Shown here piece by piece: positions 1-9,810 of a DNA stretch of 64,000 nucleotides (position 1 is its first letter; each line of letters opens with the position of its first letter). Origin of the DNA: an uncultured Gammaproteobacteria bacterium. GTDB lineage: Bacteria; Patescibacteriota; Microgenomatia; Daviesbacterales; UBA10151. The stretch lies in assembly GCA_964500725.1 (NCBI GenBank), contig CAZCNP010000002.1:133347-197346 (forward strand), read 5' to 3'. The notes under the pieces were generated by a model. It had not been told where the DNA came from. It saw nothing but the letters and a program-made list of their open reading frames with translations, and ran no database searches. The position numbers and the translations under genes were made by a program.

Positions 1-288
1 GAGATGGAACATGGAGATCTAATAGCTTTGGTAACACATTCACCTCACGCATTGCGGACATTGCATATGATACAAAGAATAAATGAATTACAAAAAGATA
101 ACGCAAGCCATAATTTATTAGATTTCCCTATTAGTGATGAGAGTATATTAAAAATCTCGCCAGTTCGTACACCGGCAACTGGTTTGACAGAATACGCAAC
201 TTTAGAAATTTGTGGACTTCTTCACTATGCTTACTATGACCAAACCCGTCCGGCATCCAAAATTCCTTTTCCGAACTATGAGTATTAA
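1..288 (+). CDS. DUF218 (YdcF/ElyC/SanA)-like protein, C-terminal part. The frame is open to the window edge, so the gene is probably truncated at its 5' end.
   Basis: The C-terminal ~90 aa align by eye with ORF 14557-15309 (LVTHSPHALRTLHM vs LVAHAPHLVRALHI; EYATLEICGLLHYAY vs NYAMLEISGLLYYTF). The S/T-x-x-H-x-x-R motif is typical of DUF218. Confidence 0.45.
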   Translation, partial: EMEHGDLIALVTHSPHALRTLHMIQRINELQKDNASHNLLDFPISDESILKISPVRTPATGLTEYATLEICGLLHYAYYDQTRPASKIPFPNYEY

Positions 289-1132
289 TAAAAAAATACT
301 GATATTGGGAGGAAGCGGTTTGGTTGGTTCGCACTTTGTAAAATACATTCAGGATTTAAAAGCTAATGTTAGAGTGCCTACTAGTGTACAGCTGAATGTT
401 TTAGTTTTTGATGTTTTGAGGCAATATATTAATTACGAGAAACCGGATATAGTCATTAATTTTGTTGCTTATACCAACCGTGATAAGGCAGAAAAAGAGA
501 AGGGCGATAGAGAGGGTTTAGTTTGGAAAACAAATGTGGAGTTAGTTGATAAGTTAGTAGGGATTTGCCAAGAGTTTAATATTTACTTAATACATATTTC
601 AACAGACGCTGTTTTTTCCGGTTCAGAAAGAATGAAAGGGCCTTATTCTGAAAATCAAGCTCTAGATGTTTCAGAAAATTTAAACTGGTATGGAGAGACA
701 AAGAGGCAATCTGAAATCGTAATCAGAGAAGCTAATATAAAATGTGCCATAATAAGGATTAATTATCCCTTTGGTAATGCAAAATCCGAAAAGGACTTTG
801 CTCGAAAAATATACCATTATATTCTTTGTGGTTATCCGCTTTTTGTCGATCAGCAATTTAATCCGACTTATTTACCAGATTTAGATATAGCTATACAAAG
901 GATTATTCAAACCGAAGCCCAAGGAATTTTTCATGTTGCCTCAAAAGAGATAGTAACCCCCTTTGACTTCGGGCAATTAATTAGGAAATTTACAGGACTA
1001 AAGATACAAATAAATAAGGGATCTAGGGTAATATTTGGGGGATTAAACATTGCTCAAACAGAACAAAAATTAGAATTGGAGTTTCATACAATCAAAAATG
1101 CATTGAAGGAATTCTGTAGGGAGATTTCTTAG
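278..1132 (+). CDS. RmlD-like NAD(P)-dependent sugar nucleotide reductase (dTDP-4-dehydrorhamnose reductase family).
   Basis: N-terminal Rossmann motif KILILGGSGLVGSHF right after the ATG at 278. Downstream STDAVFSG...GPYSE...P.NWYGETKRQSE resembles RmlD substrate-binding and YxxxK regions. The ORF-track start at 212 lies inside the upstream gene. Confidence 0.55.
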   Translation: MSINKKILILGGSGLVGSHFVKYIQDLKANVRVPTSVQLNVLVFDVLRQYINYEKPDIVINFVAYTNRDKAEKEKGDREGLVWKTNVELVDKLVGICQEFNIYLIHISTDAVFSGSERMKGPYSENQALDVSENLNWYGETKRQSEIVIREANIKCAIIRINYPFGNAKSEKDFARKIYHYILCGYPLFVDQQFNPTYLPDLDIAIQRIIQTEAQGIFHVASKEIVTPFDFGQLIRKFTGLKIQINKGSRVIFGGLNIAQTEQKLELEFHTIKNALKEFCREIS

Positions 1133-1134
1133 AG

Positions 1135-2433
1135 TTATATAATCTTTAGATAAGGAATTGTAATAATAAATCGTCCACCTTTTTTGCGATATTTTGTTTG
1201 TTTGCGAATAATTTCATTAGCAAAATTCCACGCAAGTATTAATGCATAATGAGGAACATCTTTTTGTAAACGAATTTCCGGATAAATAGGAATATGGGTT
1301 CCAGGTGTGAAGCGATCATGTTTGTAGAATATCGAATCAACTATATAATCAAGCAAACTAGTGCCTATTTTACAATAATTAAGTAGCACATTACCTTTAG
1401 CAGATGCCCCATAACCTATGATTATTTTTCCTTGTAGTTTTAGTTTTTTCAGGTATGATTTTAAATCTCTTCTAATAACTCCGACTCGTCTGCCAAAGTC
1501 CTCGTATGTTTCTTTTTTATTTAGTTTTCTTAATAATTCTTCCTTGATAACTCTATATACTGAACGATTAGCTTGGTATTTTGATCCTTTTTTTGCAATA
1601 TATATCCTAACTGATCCACCGTGAATAGCTAGTTTCTTAATATTGTAAATATACATGTTATGCCTATTAAATAATTCCGTTAATGGTCTGATGCTAAAAT
1701 AGGAAAGATGTTCATGATAAATCGTATCAAACTCATTTTTTTCAAGCAGATCTACCAGATAGGGGAACTCCATAATAAATACTCCTTGTTTGTCTAGTAG
1801 TAGATTGATGCCAGATATGAGATTATGGAGATTGTTGACATGTGCTACTACATTTGTGGCAGTAATGATTTTAGCTTTACCGAATTCTCTACTTACTCTT
1901 TTGGCTAAGTTATCTGTAAAAAAGTCATCTATGGTATTTATTCCTTTTAGCTTGGCTACCTGCGCAAGATTTCTGGCTGGATCCACGCCTAAAACTTTAA
2001 TTTCACTTTGTTTAAAAAAACCTAAAAGGGTACCATCGTTACTTCCAATATCTATAACAAGGTCATTACTATTCAGATTAAATTCATTAATGGTATTATC
2101 AGCTAGCTTTTTGAAGTGAGTAAGCATAGTAGTTGAGGTAGAAGGGATATATAAATAATTTTTAAACATAAGTTCTGCAGGAACTACATGGGTAAGTTGG
2201 ACTAACCAACATTTTTCACATACACATATTCCCAACGGGTAAAAGGATTCTGATTTTTTTAATTCTTTTTTACTTAAGAATCCATTAGGAATAGGCATGC
2301 TTCCTAGAGATAAGAAATCAAAGATTAGATTACTATCACAGATTCTACATGATTTGATCTTGTATTTTTCATATGTTGGTTGATTGGGGCGAGACATAGT
2401 CGTTATTGTTACAGAACGGTTAACAAATATCAA
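1135..2433 (-). CDS. SAM-dependent methyltransferase with N-terminal Zn-ribbon (sugar C-methyltransferase-like, TylCIII/Methyltransf_13-14 architecture). Paralog 1 of 3.
   Basis: N-terminal CRICDSNL...LSLGSMP Zn-ribbon-like motif. Central DIGSNDGTLL class-I methyltransferase motif. Overall collinear with ORFs 15311-16591 and 32415-33689. Probable start MSRPNQ at 2397. Confidence 0.6.
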   Translation of the reverse strand: MIFVNRSVTITTMSRPNQPTYEKYKIKSCRICDSNLIFDFLSLGSMPIPNGFLSKKELKKSESFYPLGICVCEKCWLVQLTHVVPAELMFKNYLYIPSTSTTMLTHFKKLADNTINEFNLNSNDLVIDIGSNDGTLLGFFKQSEIKVLGVDPARNLAQVAKLKGINTIDDFFTDNLAKRVSREFGKAKIITATNVVAHVNNLHNLISGINLLLDKQGVFIMEFPYLVDLLEKNEFDTIYHEHLSYFSIRPLTELFNRHNMYIYNIKKLAIHGGSVRIYIAKKGSKYQANRSVYRVIKEELLRKLNKKETYEDFGRRVGVIRRDLKSYLKKLKLQGKIIIGYGASAKGNVLLNYCKIGTSLLDYIVDSIFYKHDRFTPGTHIPIYPEIRLQKDVPHYALILAWNFANEIIRKQTKYRKKGGRFIITIPYLKII

Positions 2434-2454
2434 TATTTTTGCTCTGTTAACTAT

Positions 2455-3279
2455 TTAGATAAATAGAAGATTCTCGTAATAGATATTTGGTATATACGAA
2501 TTTCTGATTCGTACTAGAAGTTTACCCTTTAACTTATATGATTTGTAATTATTTTTCATTAATAGTCTATAAAGATCGATTAATTCATACCCAGCTATTT
2601 TCGATAAGGGTCGATTAAGCTCGATCAATAATGGGGGATGAAGTTCTCTAATTGTTTTTTGTGCTCCTGTTAAAACATTAAGCTCTCCTCCTTCTGTGTC
2701 AATTTTTATTAAACCAATGTCTTTGATCTTGTTAACTTTGACAAAGTGATCTAAAGTAACAGCCTTAATTATTTGGGTTTTATTTGAAAGAGGAATAACG
2801 GTGGAATGTAAACCTTTGTTATTCTTGTGGATATACAGGGGTAAATTATTACTATTTTGGTTAGATAAAGCTTTTCTAATAGCTTTCGCATTGGCTATAG
2901 AGTTAATATTTAAATTGCGAACTAATCTTTTATAATTAGTTCTTTCAGGTTCGAATGCATAAATATATTTTGCTATTTTTGACAAAGCAAGGGTATAAAT
3001 CCCTATATTTGCACCAATATCAAAGAAAGTTCTACCTTTAACAAATTCAGTTATCTTCATTAACCATTTACCTTCGTATAAGCCATCCATAAATATCCAA
3101 TAATCAATGAAATCCCCCAGATTTAAATCAATTTTGGCATTAGATATTTTCACTAATGAACGAATTTTGATTTGCCTATTTTTTAAAAGCAAAAAAAGAG
3201 TGAACTTTATAAAGTGAGGAGGATTTAGAAGTTTAAATACAAATGCAGTTACTAATAATAGTCTTTCAAAGTAATTCAT
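2455..3279 (-). CDS. FkbM-family methyltransferase.
   Basis: FDIGANIGIYTLALSKIAKYIYAFEPERTNYKRL matches the FkbM (Methyltransf_21) core. Confidence 0.6.
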   Translation of the reverse strand: MNYFERLLLVTAFVFKLLNPPHFIKFTLFLLLKNRQIKIRSLVKISNAKIDLNLGDFIDYWIFMDGLYEGKWLMKITEFVKGRTFFDIGANIGIYTLALSKIAKYIYAFEPERTNYKRLVRNLNINSIANAKAIRKALSNQNSNNLPLYIHKNNKGLHSTVIPLSNKTQIIKAVTLDHFVKVNKIKDIGLIKIDTEGGELNVLTGAQKTIRELHPPLLIELNRPLSKIAGYELIDLYRLLMKNNYKSYKLKGKLLVRIRNSYIPNIYYENLLFI

Positions 3280-3370
3280 TTTGTAGTAATAGATCTGGTC
3301 GCTGTTGTGACAAAAAATAAATCCATAGTAATATAGTTTGACATCTTCTTATTTATACAATATTCTTTGA

Positions 3371-4408
3371 GTGATGAGAAACAATAAAATGGTTTCAGCG
3401 GTAGTTACCAATTTTAATGGTTTAGAATTAGGGTTATTGAAAAACTTTTTTAACAGCTTTTTAAAAAATGATTTTAAGGATTTCGAATTATTTTTTGTTG
3501 ATAATGCCTCAACTGATGAAAGTATTAGATTTGTTACAGAGAATTTTTCTAAAGATAAAAGGGTAAAAATTATTAAAAATCGGGTTAACAATATGACTAA
3601 GGGTATAAATTTAGCGTTGAGGCAGGCAAAGGGAAATTATATTCTTTTTCTAAACAATGATATCTATTTTGCCAAGGGTGCAATCAGTAAAATGGTAGAT
3701 TTCCTGGATGAACATAATACCGTAGCTTTAGTTCAAGGCAAATTTGTTTCGTATTTTGATCATAAAAAGATAGACGATGCAGGTGAGACGATGGATTTGT
3801 ATGGGAATCCAATAACTATTGGGTCAAAAGAGGATGATACCGGTCAATATAATAATCAGAGAGAAATATTATCAGCCAGCGGCGCTGCATCCTTGCTCAG
3901 AGCTAGTTTATTAAAAAAGGTAGGTTTGTTAGACGAAGACTATAGAATTGGTTACGAAGACCTAGATTTGTGCCTCAGATTAAGAATAGCGGGTTATAAA
4001 ATAATTTATTTGCCACAAGTACTAGTTTTTCATAGAAGAGGATCTTCTGTTTCTAATGCTCCCGAAAAAATACGTTTGCAGATTAAGTATGGATTCAACA
4101 AAAACAGATTAGCAACTTTGATCAAAAATTATCAAGTCTCTACAATTATAAGATCTTTATCGATAGTGGTTTTAATCTATTTGGGAACAGCAATATTCGA
4201 GATTTTTTATAAAAGGTTATGGAAATTTGGGTTCTACAGACTTTGTGCAATCGGTTGGATGATAGGTAACTTATCTGATTTGCTTGAGAAAAGGAAGAAA
4301 GTTCAACGAATTAGAGTAGTGTTAGATGAAGAAGCAATTTTGCCTTTTCTAGCTAAGGGTTTGTTGGTAAATAATATTAAAAATTTTCTTCATAGCAAAA
4401 ATTGGTAA
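3371..4408 (+). CDS. Glycosyltransferase family 2.
   Basis: VSAVVTNFNG...ELFFVDNASTDES and DDAG... are GT-A/GT2 hallmarks. C-terminal TM segments are present. Confidence 0.7.
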   Translation: MMRNNKMVSAVVTNFNGLELGLLKNFFNSFLKNDFKDFELFFVDNASTDESIRFVTENFSKDKRVKIIKNRVNNMTKGINLALRQAKGNYILFLNNDIYFAKGAISKMVDFLDEHNTVALVQGKFVSYFDHKKIDDAGETMDLYGNPITIGSKEDDTGQYNNQREILSASGAASLLRASLLKKVGLLDEDYRIGYEDLDLCLRLRIAGYKIIYLPQVLVFHRRGSSVSNAPEKIRLQIKYGFNKNRLATLIKNYQVSTIIRSLSIVVLIYLGTAIFEIFYKRLWKFGFYRLCAIGWMIGNLSDLLEKRKKVQRIRVVLDEEAILPFLAKGLLVNNIKNFLHSKNW

Positions 4409-4409
4409 T

Positions 4410-5321
4410 ATGAAAAAAAAATTAGTATCAGTGGTAATAGTAACCCGGGACAGAAAGAAAAAGGGTTTAAAAGCCATAGTCTCGATCTACGAACAAAGGT
4501 ATAGTCCTTTAGAGGTGATTTTAGTTGATAATGCTTCCTTAGATAACACAGCTGAAATAATAAAAAGAAAATATCCAAAAACAATTATAGTAACTAGTCA
4601 AACAAATATAGGTGGGGCAGGAGGAAGAAACCTAGGATTATCCTATGCAAAAGGTAAATTTGTATTCTTCATGGACGATGATGCTTTTGCAGATATACAT
4701 GCGCTTTCAGAATTGGTAAAAGTAATACGAGAGGATCCTAAAGTAGGTATAGTGCAGCCTAAAATTTACTATGCAGATAAAAAAAATATTATACAGGGAG
4801 TAGGTCATGGAATTAATTTATTGACTGGTAGGGTTTTTGGGATAGGAGTTGGAGAAAGAGATCATGGGCAATACGAAGAGATAATGGATATACCTATGGT
4901 GGGTTGTACATGGTTGGTGAAAAAAAGTGTATTTCAAAAGATAGGTACATATGATGAAGATTTTTTTATCCCTTATGAAGATTCAGATTTTTCCATAAGA
5001 GCTAAAAAGGCAGGATTCAGAATATGTTTTGTGCCCAGGGCTCATGTTTGGCATAGCAGCCATAAGGATTCTGATATCTCTCCAAAACTTAGATGGCTTG
5101 GAATTACTACTGCAGAGAGAGCATATAGAGTTAGCCGCAATAAGATTATTTTTATGAAGAAGCATGCTCCTCTTCTTAATTTATTAATTTTTCTTTTTCT
5201 CTTTAATCCTATCTATGCGGTCTTGCATTCTGCTATCATAATCCTATCTAAAAGATTTGATATATTGGTCAATTATTGGTGGGGTTTAATAGCAGGTCTT
5301 TGGTATGTATTAATAAGATGA
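4410..5321 (+). CDS. Glycosyltransferase family 2.
   Basis: VSVVIVTRDR...VILVDNASLDNT...FFMDDDAF (DxD). C-terminal TM helix. Confidence 0.7.
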   Translation: MKKKLVSVVIVTRDRKKKGLKAIVSIYEQRYSPLEVILVDNASLDNTAEIIKRKYPKTIIVTSQTNIGGAGGRNLGLSYAKGKFVFFMDDDAFADIHALSELVKVIREDPKVGIVQPKIYYADKKNIIQGVGHGINLLTGRVFGIGVGERDHGQYEEIMDIPMVGCTWLVKKSVFQKIGTYDEDFFIPYEDSDFSIRAKKAGFRICFVPRAHVWHSSHKDSDISPKLRWLGITTAERAYRVSRNKIIFMKKHAPLLNLLIFLFLFNPIYAVLHSAIIILSKRFDILVNYWWGLIAGLWYVLIR

Positions 5322-5995
5322 ATAAGCTATCTCTTTATCAAAAATTTGATAACAACTTACTGCCTTTGAAAATTTTTCTATTATCACTTGCTGATCCGGT
5401 TTGTTGGGTAATTGATAAGTCCGCGGAAAGTATATTAGATGTTGGGTGCGGTCAAGGTTTACCTATGCAGATGATTAATGTAAGGATGAATGTGGTGAAA
5501 AGCATAGGGGTAGATATATACGAGCCTTATATAAAAGAAGGTAAGAAAAGAAAGATACATACAGAGTATATAAAAGCCGACATCCGGAAATTCTCATTTA
5601 AAGATAAAAGTGTAGATGTAGTAATGGGATTGCAGGTTCTCGAACATTTAGATAAAAGAGATTCTTGGAAACTATTGGAGAAAATGGAGAAGATAGCAAG
5701 GAAGCAAGTAATTGTGTCGATGCCGATTGGAAAAACATATCATCCAGCAGTAGATGGAAATGTTCATCAATTGCATCTTTCAGGTTTTTATCCAGAGGAA
5801 TTTACTAAAAGAGGCTATAGAATTATTAAAATGGGTAGAAAAAGCATCTTAGGAGAAAATGGGATTGTGCATAAATATGACAATGATCTTCTAAGAAAAG
5901 CCTTATATTCGATAAGTTTAGTATTAGATTTTGGTTTCTATTTTGTGCAATCATGGGCAGATTATTATTTTGTTGCTTATAAGGATATAGTTTAA
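5318..5995 (+). CDS. Class I SAM-dependent methyltransferase.
   Basis: ILDVGCGQG...VDVVMGLQVLEHL motif I and post-I. The ATG at 5318 overlaps the upstream TGA (ATGA). Confidence 0.6.
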   Translation: MNKLSLYQKFDNNLLPLKIFLLSLADPVCWVIDKSAESILDVGCGQGLPMQMINVRMNVVKSIGVDIYEPYIKEGKKRKIHTEYIKADIRKFSFKDKSVDVVMGLQVLEHLDKRDSWKLLEKMEKIARKQVIVSMPIGKTYHPAVDGNVHQLHLSGFYPEEFTKRGYRIIKMGRKSILGENGIVHKYDNDLLRKALYSISLVLDFGFYFVQSWADYYFVAYKDIV

Positions 5996-6004
5996 AATTG
6001 AATA

Positions 6005-9000
6005 ATGCGAAAACAATTTAGTTACAAAAAAGAACTTATTGTAGCTTTTATTTTTTCTGTCCTCTCGTTTTTAATAATCCTGATTTGGTTTAAAGAAGGT
6101 TTAATTTATGGCGGAGGGGATGTGGGTATTCCTACTTATAACCCTGCCAGAATCCTCGGTATGACAAAGTACCCATGGTGGGAGGCAGTAGCACCAGGCT
6201 TTTTAATAGCTTCTTCCATTTCATCGCTGCCTTTTGAATTTATTTTGTCTTTGTTGCAATATTTCGGTCTTTCTAACCTATTATTGCAAGCTTTTACTTT
6301 TTTCCTACTATTTGCCTTAATGGGTATTGGAATGTACCTCTTTTTGTTAACTCTTTTTAAAGGTAAGCACGTTTTGTCGTTATTGGGAGCATTATTCTAT
6401 ATGTTTAACTCGTATATGTTAATTCAAATCTGGCATAGATTTGTGCATACTTCAATATTCTTTGTAGCTCTTCTGCCATTTATGGTAATCTTCTGGAGGA
6501 GATGGATAGAGACAGGTAAGGTAAAGGATTTGTTTATCTTCTTCTTGTTAAATTTATTTGGCAGTCAAATTTATGGAACGCTGGCTTTCGTAGTTACAAT
6601 CTGGTTATTACTAGGCGGGATAACTATTTTAGAATCTACTATACCTTTTAAATCCAGAAGATTATTTTTGTTACATCTTTCAAGATTATTTATAGCTTTT
6701 ATTGGGTGGATCTTGACGAATTGTTGGTGGTTGATCCCGACATTTTTGATAGGGTCTGGTCAGTATGCTCAACAATATAATGAGTCAAGTAACTTAATGA
6801 GCTTAATTGAGATAAGCAAACAAGCAATTTTACCCTTTAGTCTGCAAATGATTAATCCATTTAATCTTTATCAACAGTTAGATTTTGGCAAAATATATTT
6901 GACGCTCTTATTTAAGCTTCTGCCGTGGTTGTCCGTTGCAGTAGTGTTTGTGGGCTTACTTTCATCTTTAAAAGAAAAAAGATTTTCTTTCATTGGTATA
7001 CTAACTTTATTACTTCTTTTTTTGGCTAAAGGAACCTCTGCGCCACTGGGTAATTTATTTGTTTGGGGATTTAAATCTTCCTTTTTTTTGGGAGTAATTC
7101 GAAATCCGTCGGAAAAGATAGGTATTTTGCTACCATTTGTTTATGCCATCCTGTTTATCTTGGGGTTTCTAGCTATAGAAAAAGTATTAATAAAATATAA
7201 ATTAAAGCAGATTTCAGGTATCAGTTTAGCATTCCTTCTTATTTTACCTAATCTTATATTTTGCTGGCCTATTTTTACTGGACGAGTATTTGCAACAATC
7301 AGTAATCAGGCAACAGTTAGCATACCTGATGCTTATAAACAAGTTGACGATTTTATTAAAAATCAGAATTTTGCTAAATCATTTCAAGATACAGGCAGGA
7401 TTTTGCACTTGCCTTTAACGGTTTCTGACGCACTAACTTATAACTGGGAATCTAAATACCGGGGGGTCGATCCTAACGTCTTGCTTTTTGATTCAATGCC
7501 TTCCATTTCACGAAGCTTAAACTTGCCTAAATTTGAAGATTCTTTAAAAGGATTATCGTTTATATTTATGTATCCTTATTCTCAGGATGAAAGCGCTATA
7601 TTAAAGGCTCTCCAATACTTCAATGTCAAAATTATTATTCTTCATAAAGATGCCGACCACTTAACAGACGGGGTAGTAGATCCTAAAGAATTAGAAAAAT
7701 TATTAGACAGTTTGCCTTTCTTAAAGAGGATTAATACCTCGGGAGAGTTAATGGTATACAAAATAGAAGATAGGTATTTCGAACCAAAAATAGTCTTCTC
7801 AGAAAATCCTAGTTATATACGAGGCGGTGAAAATAATAATGTTTGGCTTTTTCAGACAGGGGATTCCAGAAGCTCAATAAGTGATTCTCCGGAGAATCAA
7901 GCTAATAGTAATATCTATAAAAGTTTACCAATAAGCACTATTTTTGCAGATAAGTCTTTACGTTTTTATCAAGCCTCTTCTAGCGCAGTATTAAGCAGTA
8001 TATTTTATAATAATTTAGTTAATAAATTAAATATCAGTTTACAGAGAGCAAAATATAACCAAAATTCTACAGCCGCTAATGCTATTAATGAGCTATTATT
8101 ACTAACTCAAATACTTGGAACTTATACAAATCAAGGTATTATTAAAAAGTCAGAAACAGTAAGTAATTTAAAAAGTTTATTAGAGGAGTTGTTTCAGGAT
8201 CAGCAAGCTTTTGTTTCGCTACAGAATTATTTGGATAGAGAGACGTTACAGCTTGTTTTTCAAGAGCAGTTACTGTTATTGAATCAAATAGGGTCGATAT
8301 TTGACGATCATACAAATGACTTTGGGGAGTTATCCAATAAGATAATCCAAGCGCTTACAAAAAATAATGTTTTCCCGATGAATTACTATAAGGGAGAATC
8401 TAACATTGGGGTTGATAGGCAGGTATTTAATTTATCGTTACCTCGTTCTTCAAACTATAAAATATATCTTACAAAAGTTTCAGATCCCTCTATATTTGAA
8501 AATGACTTATCTCAATTACCATTTATGATCGATGGTAAAAAACAGGTTTTAGAAAGCATGGATGAGGGTAATACTCTCTCGTTTGGAGTGCAAAATTTCG
8601 AAGAAGGTATACATGAAATCAGTTACCCGACTTTGTTTTCCGAAAACCTTTTAGTTGACCGCGAGGAATGGAAAATATCTCAGGGGAGGTTAGGGAATTC
8701 AGAAATCCTCCTGGAGACTGTAGGAAACACATATGGTGTTCTGGTGGTTCCAATTAAAGAGATAGAAAGACGTGGGGGAGGAGCATACCGTATAAATATG
8801 GAAATAATGGTTCAAAGTGGACAAGGTTTCTATATCCAGTTGCTGCAGAATAGTGATCCCATCGATCAATCTGGGCAGCCAGGTATGTTACTAAATCAAG
8901 GGTTTAGTAAAGAAGAGATTGGCGAAGGGTGGAAAAACATAAATTTTGATATCAATTTAAGGATGACTACAAAAAATGCAAATCTGCGTTTCATATTAGT

Positions 9001-9448
9001 TCCGGATGATTCTTTCTTAGGGATTAAATCCTCATTATCAATTAAGAATTTATCATTTCAAAAAATATTAGATAGTGCTATCTTTCTAAGAACTAATGAT
9101 GTAGGTTTAGAAGTAAGGGGTCAGGTTACTAAAATCATCCATCCGAATCCGATTTTTTATTCAGGGGAAATAAATATAGCAAAACCATCGTTTTTAATAT
9201 TAAAAGAAACCTATAACCCCGGATGGAAGTTAAAAATTAATAATAACACGGTACAGCCAAAAGATCATCTGATAGGGGATTTATATGGAAATGCTTGGTT
9301 TGTAGAAAAACCAGGAAAATATTCCTTTGAGATAAAATTTGAACCAATAAAATATAATGTCATAGGTTTTTGGGTGTCGACTATTACTTTCTTTGGGATT
9401 ATTATTGTGATTACCTTAGAAGGTATAAGAAAAAGGAGATATGAGTAG
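6005..9448 (+). CDS. Giant (1147 aa) polytopic membrane protein with a ~700 aa extracytoplasmic domain and a C-terminal TM anchor. Possible GT-C-type glycosyltransferase.
   Basis: About 12 hydrophobic helices in the first ~430 aa, then a long hydrophilic region, then a terminal hydrophobic helix (VIGFWVSTITFFGIIIVITL). The architecture resembles GtrC/AftD/YfhO-type GT-C enzymes. No motif could be checked. Confidence 0.45.
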   Translation: MRKQFSYKKELIVAFIFSVLSFLIILIWFKEGLIYGGGDVGIPTYNPARILGMTKYPWWEAVAPGFLIASSISSLPFEFILSLLQYFGLSNLLLQAFTFFLLFALMGIGMYLFLLTLFKGKHVLSLLGALFYMFNSYMLIQIWHRFVHTSIFFVALLPFMVIFWRRWIETGKVKDLFIFFLLNLFGSQIYGTLAFVVTIWLLLGGITILESTIPFKSRRLFLLHLSRLFIAFIGWILTNCWWLIPTFLIGSGQYAQQYNESSNLMSLIEISKQAILPFSLQMINPFNLYQQLDFGKIYLTLLFKLLPWLSVAVVFVGLLSSLKEKRFSFIGILTLLLLFLAKGTSAPLGNLFVWGFKSSFFLGVIRNPSEKIGILLPFVYAILFILGFLAIEKVLIKYKLKQISGISLAFLLILPNLIFCWPIFTGRVFATISNQATVSIPDAYKQVDDFIKNQNFAKSFQDTGRILHLPLTVSDALTYNWESKYRGVDPNVLLFDSMPSISRSLNLPKFEDSLKGLSFIFMYPYSQDESAILKALQYFNVKIIILHKDADHLTDGVVDPKELEKLLDSLPFLKRINTSGELMVYKIEDRYFEPKIVFSENPSYIRGGENNNVWLFQTGDSRSSISDSPENQANSNIYKSLPISTIFADKSLRFYQASSSAVLSSIFYNNLVNKLNISLQRAKYNQNSTAANAINELLLLTQILGTYTNQGIIKKSETVSNLKSLLEELFQDQQAFVSLQNYLDRETLQLVFQEQLLLLNQIGSIFDDHTNDFGELSNKIIQALTKNNVFPMNYYKGESNIGVDRQVFNLSLPRSSNYKIYLTKVSDPSIFENDLSQLPFMIDGKKQVLESMDEGNTLSFGVQNFEEGIHEISYPTLFSENLLVDREEWKISQGRLGNSEILLETVGNTYGVLVVPIKEIERRGGGAYRINMEIMVQSGQGFYIQLLQNSDPIDQSGQPGMLLNQGFSKEEIGEGWKNINFDINLRMTTKNANLRFILVPDDSFLGIKSSLSIKNLSFQKILDSAIFLRTNDVGLEVRGQVTKIIHPNPIFYSGEINIAKPSFLILKETYNPGWKLKINNNTVQPKDHLIGDLYGNAWFVEKPGKYSFEIKFEPIKYNVIGFWVSTITFFGIIIVITLEGIRKRRYE

Positions 9449-9782
9449 AAGTATAAAAATAAGTTTGATGCTTTTAGCAACGGTGGTTTTGATACTGATT
9501 TTGATTTTTATTGATACTAACGGAGATATTAATAATGTAAATCAACTTTATAGTCCTATGATTTGGGCATCATCTTTTACCATATCTATTTTTTACCCAA
9601 ATGTAAGGAAATATTTGTTTAGGTTAAGCTATTGCCTAATGATACTTATGTTAATCTTTTATTTTACACAACGTTTAGATTTATCTAATTGGTTTGGTAG
9701 TCTAGGTTTTGGATTGTTAATATTTCTTGTTGTTTCTTGTTTTCCTGAATTAATAAAAAAAGGCTATGTAGATAAGTTTTGA
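9441..9782 (+). CDS. Small integral membrane protein of unknown function.
   Basis: 113 aa, 3-4 predicted TM helices. It overlaps the upstream gene by 8 nt, consistent with co-translation. Confidence 0.3.
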   Translation: MSRSIKISLMLLATVVLILILIFIDTNGDINNVNQLYSPMIWASSFTISIFYPNVRKYLFRLSYCLMILMLIFYFTQRLDLSNWFGSLGFGLLIFLVVSCFPELIKKGYVDKF

Positions 9783-9810
9783 TCTGAATATGCTTTTGGC
9801 ATATAATTAA

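Noticed and set aside
212-277. The ORF-track start at ATG 212 for the RmlD-like gene (MDFFTMLTMTKPVRHPKFLFRT...).
   Set aside because: This extension lies within the 3' end of the upstream DUF218-like gene and precedes the Rossmann motif by 22 non-conserved residues. The ATG at 278 immediately before KILILGGSG is the more plausible start.
131-334. Numerous short ORFs (60-115 aa) nested in or antisense to long, homology-supported genes, for example 131-334(-), 1418-1624(+), 1790-2119(+), 12142-12396(-), 17387-17605(+), 33133-33435(+), 42347-42583(+), 58053-58394(-) and 59402-59632(-).
   Set aside because: Each lies entirely inside a longer ORF with clear family motifs on the other strand or frame. 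The AT-rich composition produces long spurious frames. None shows a recognisable motif or a plausible ribosome-binding context.
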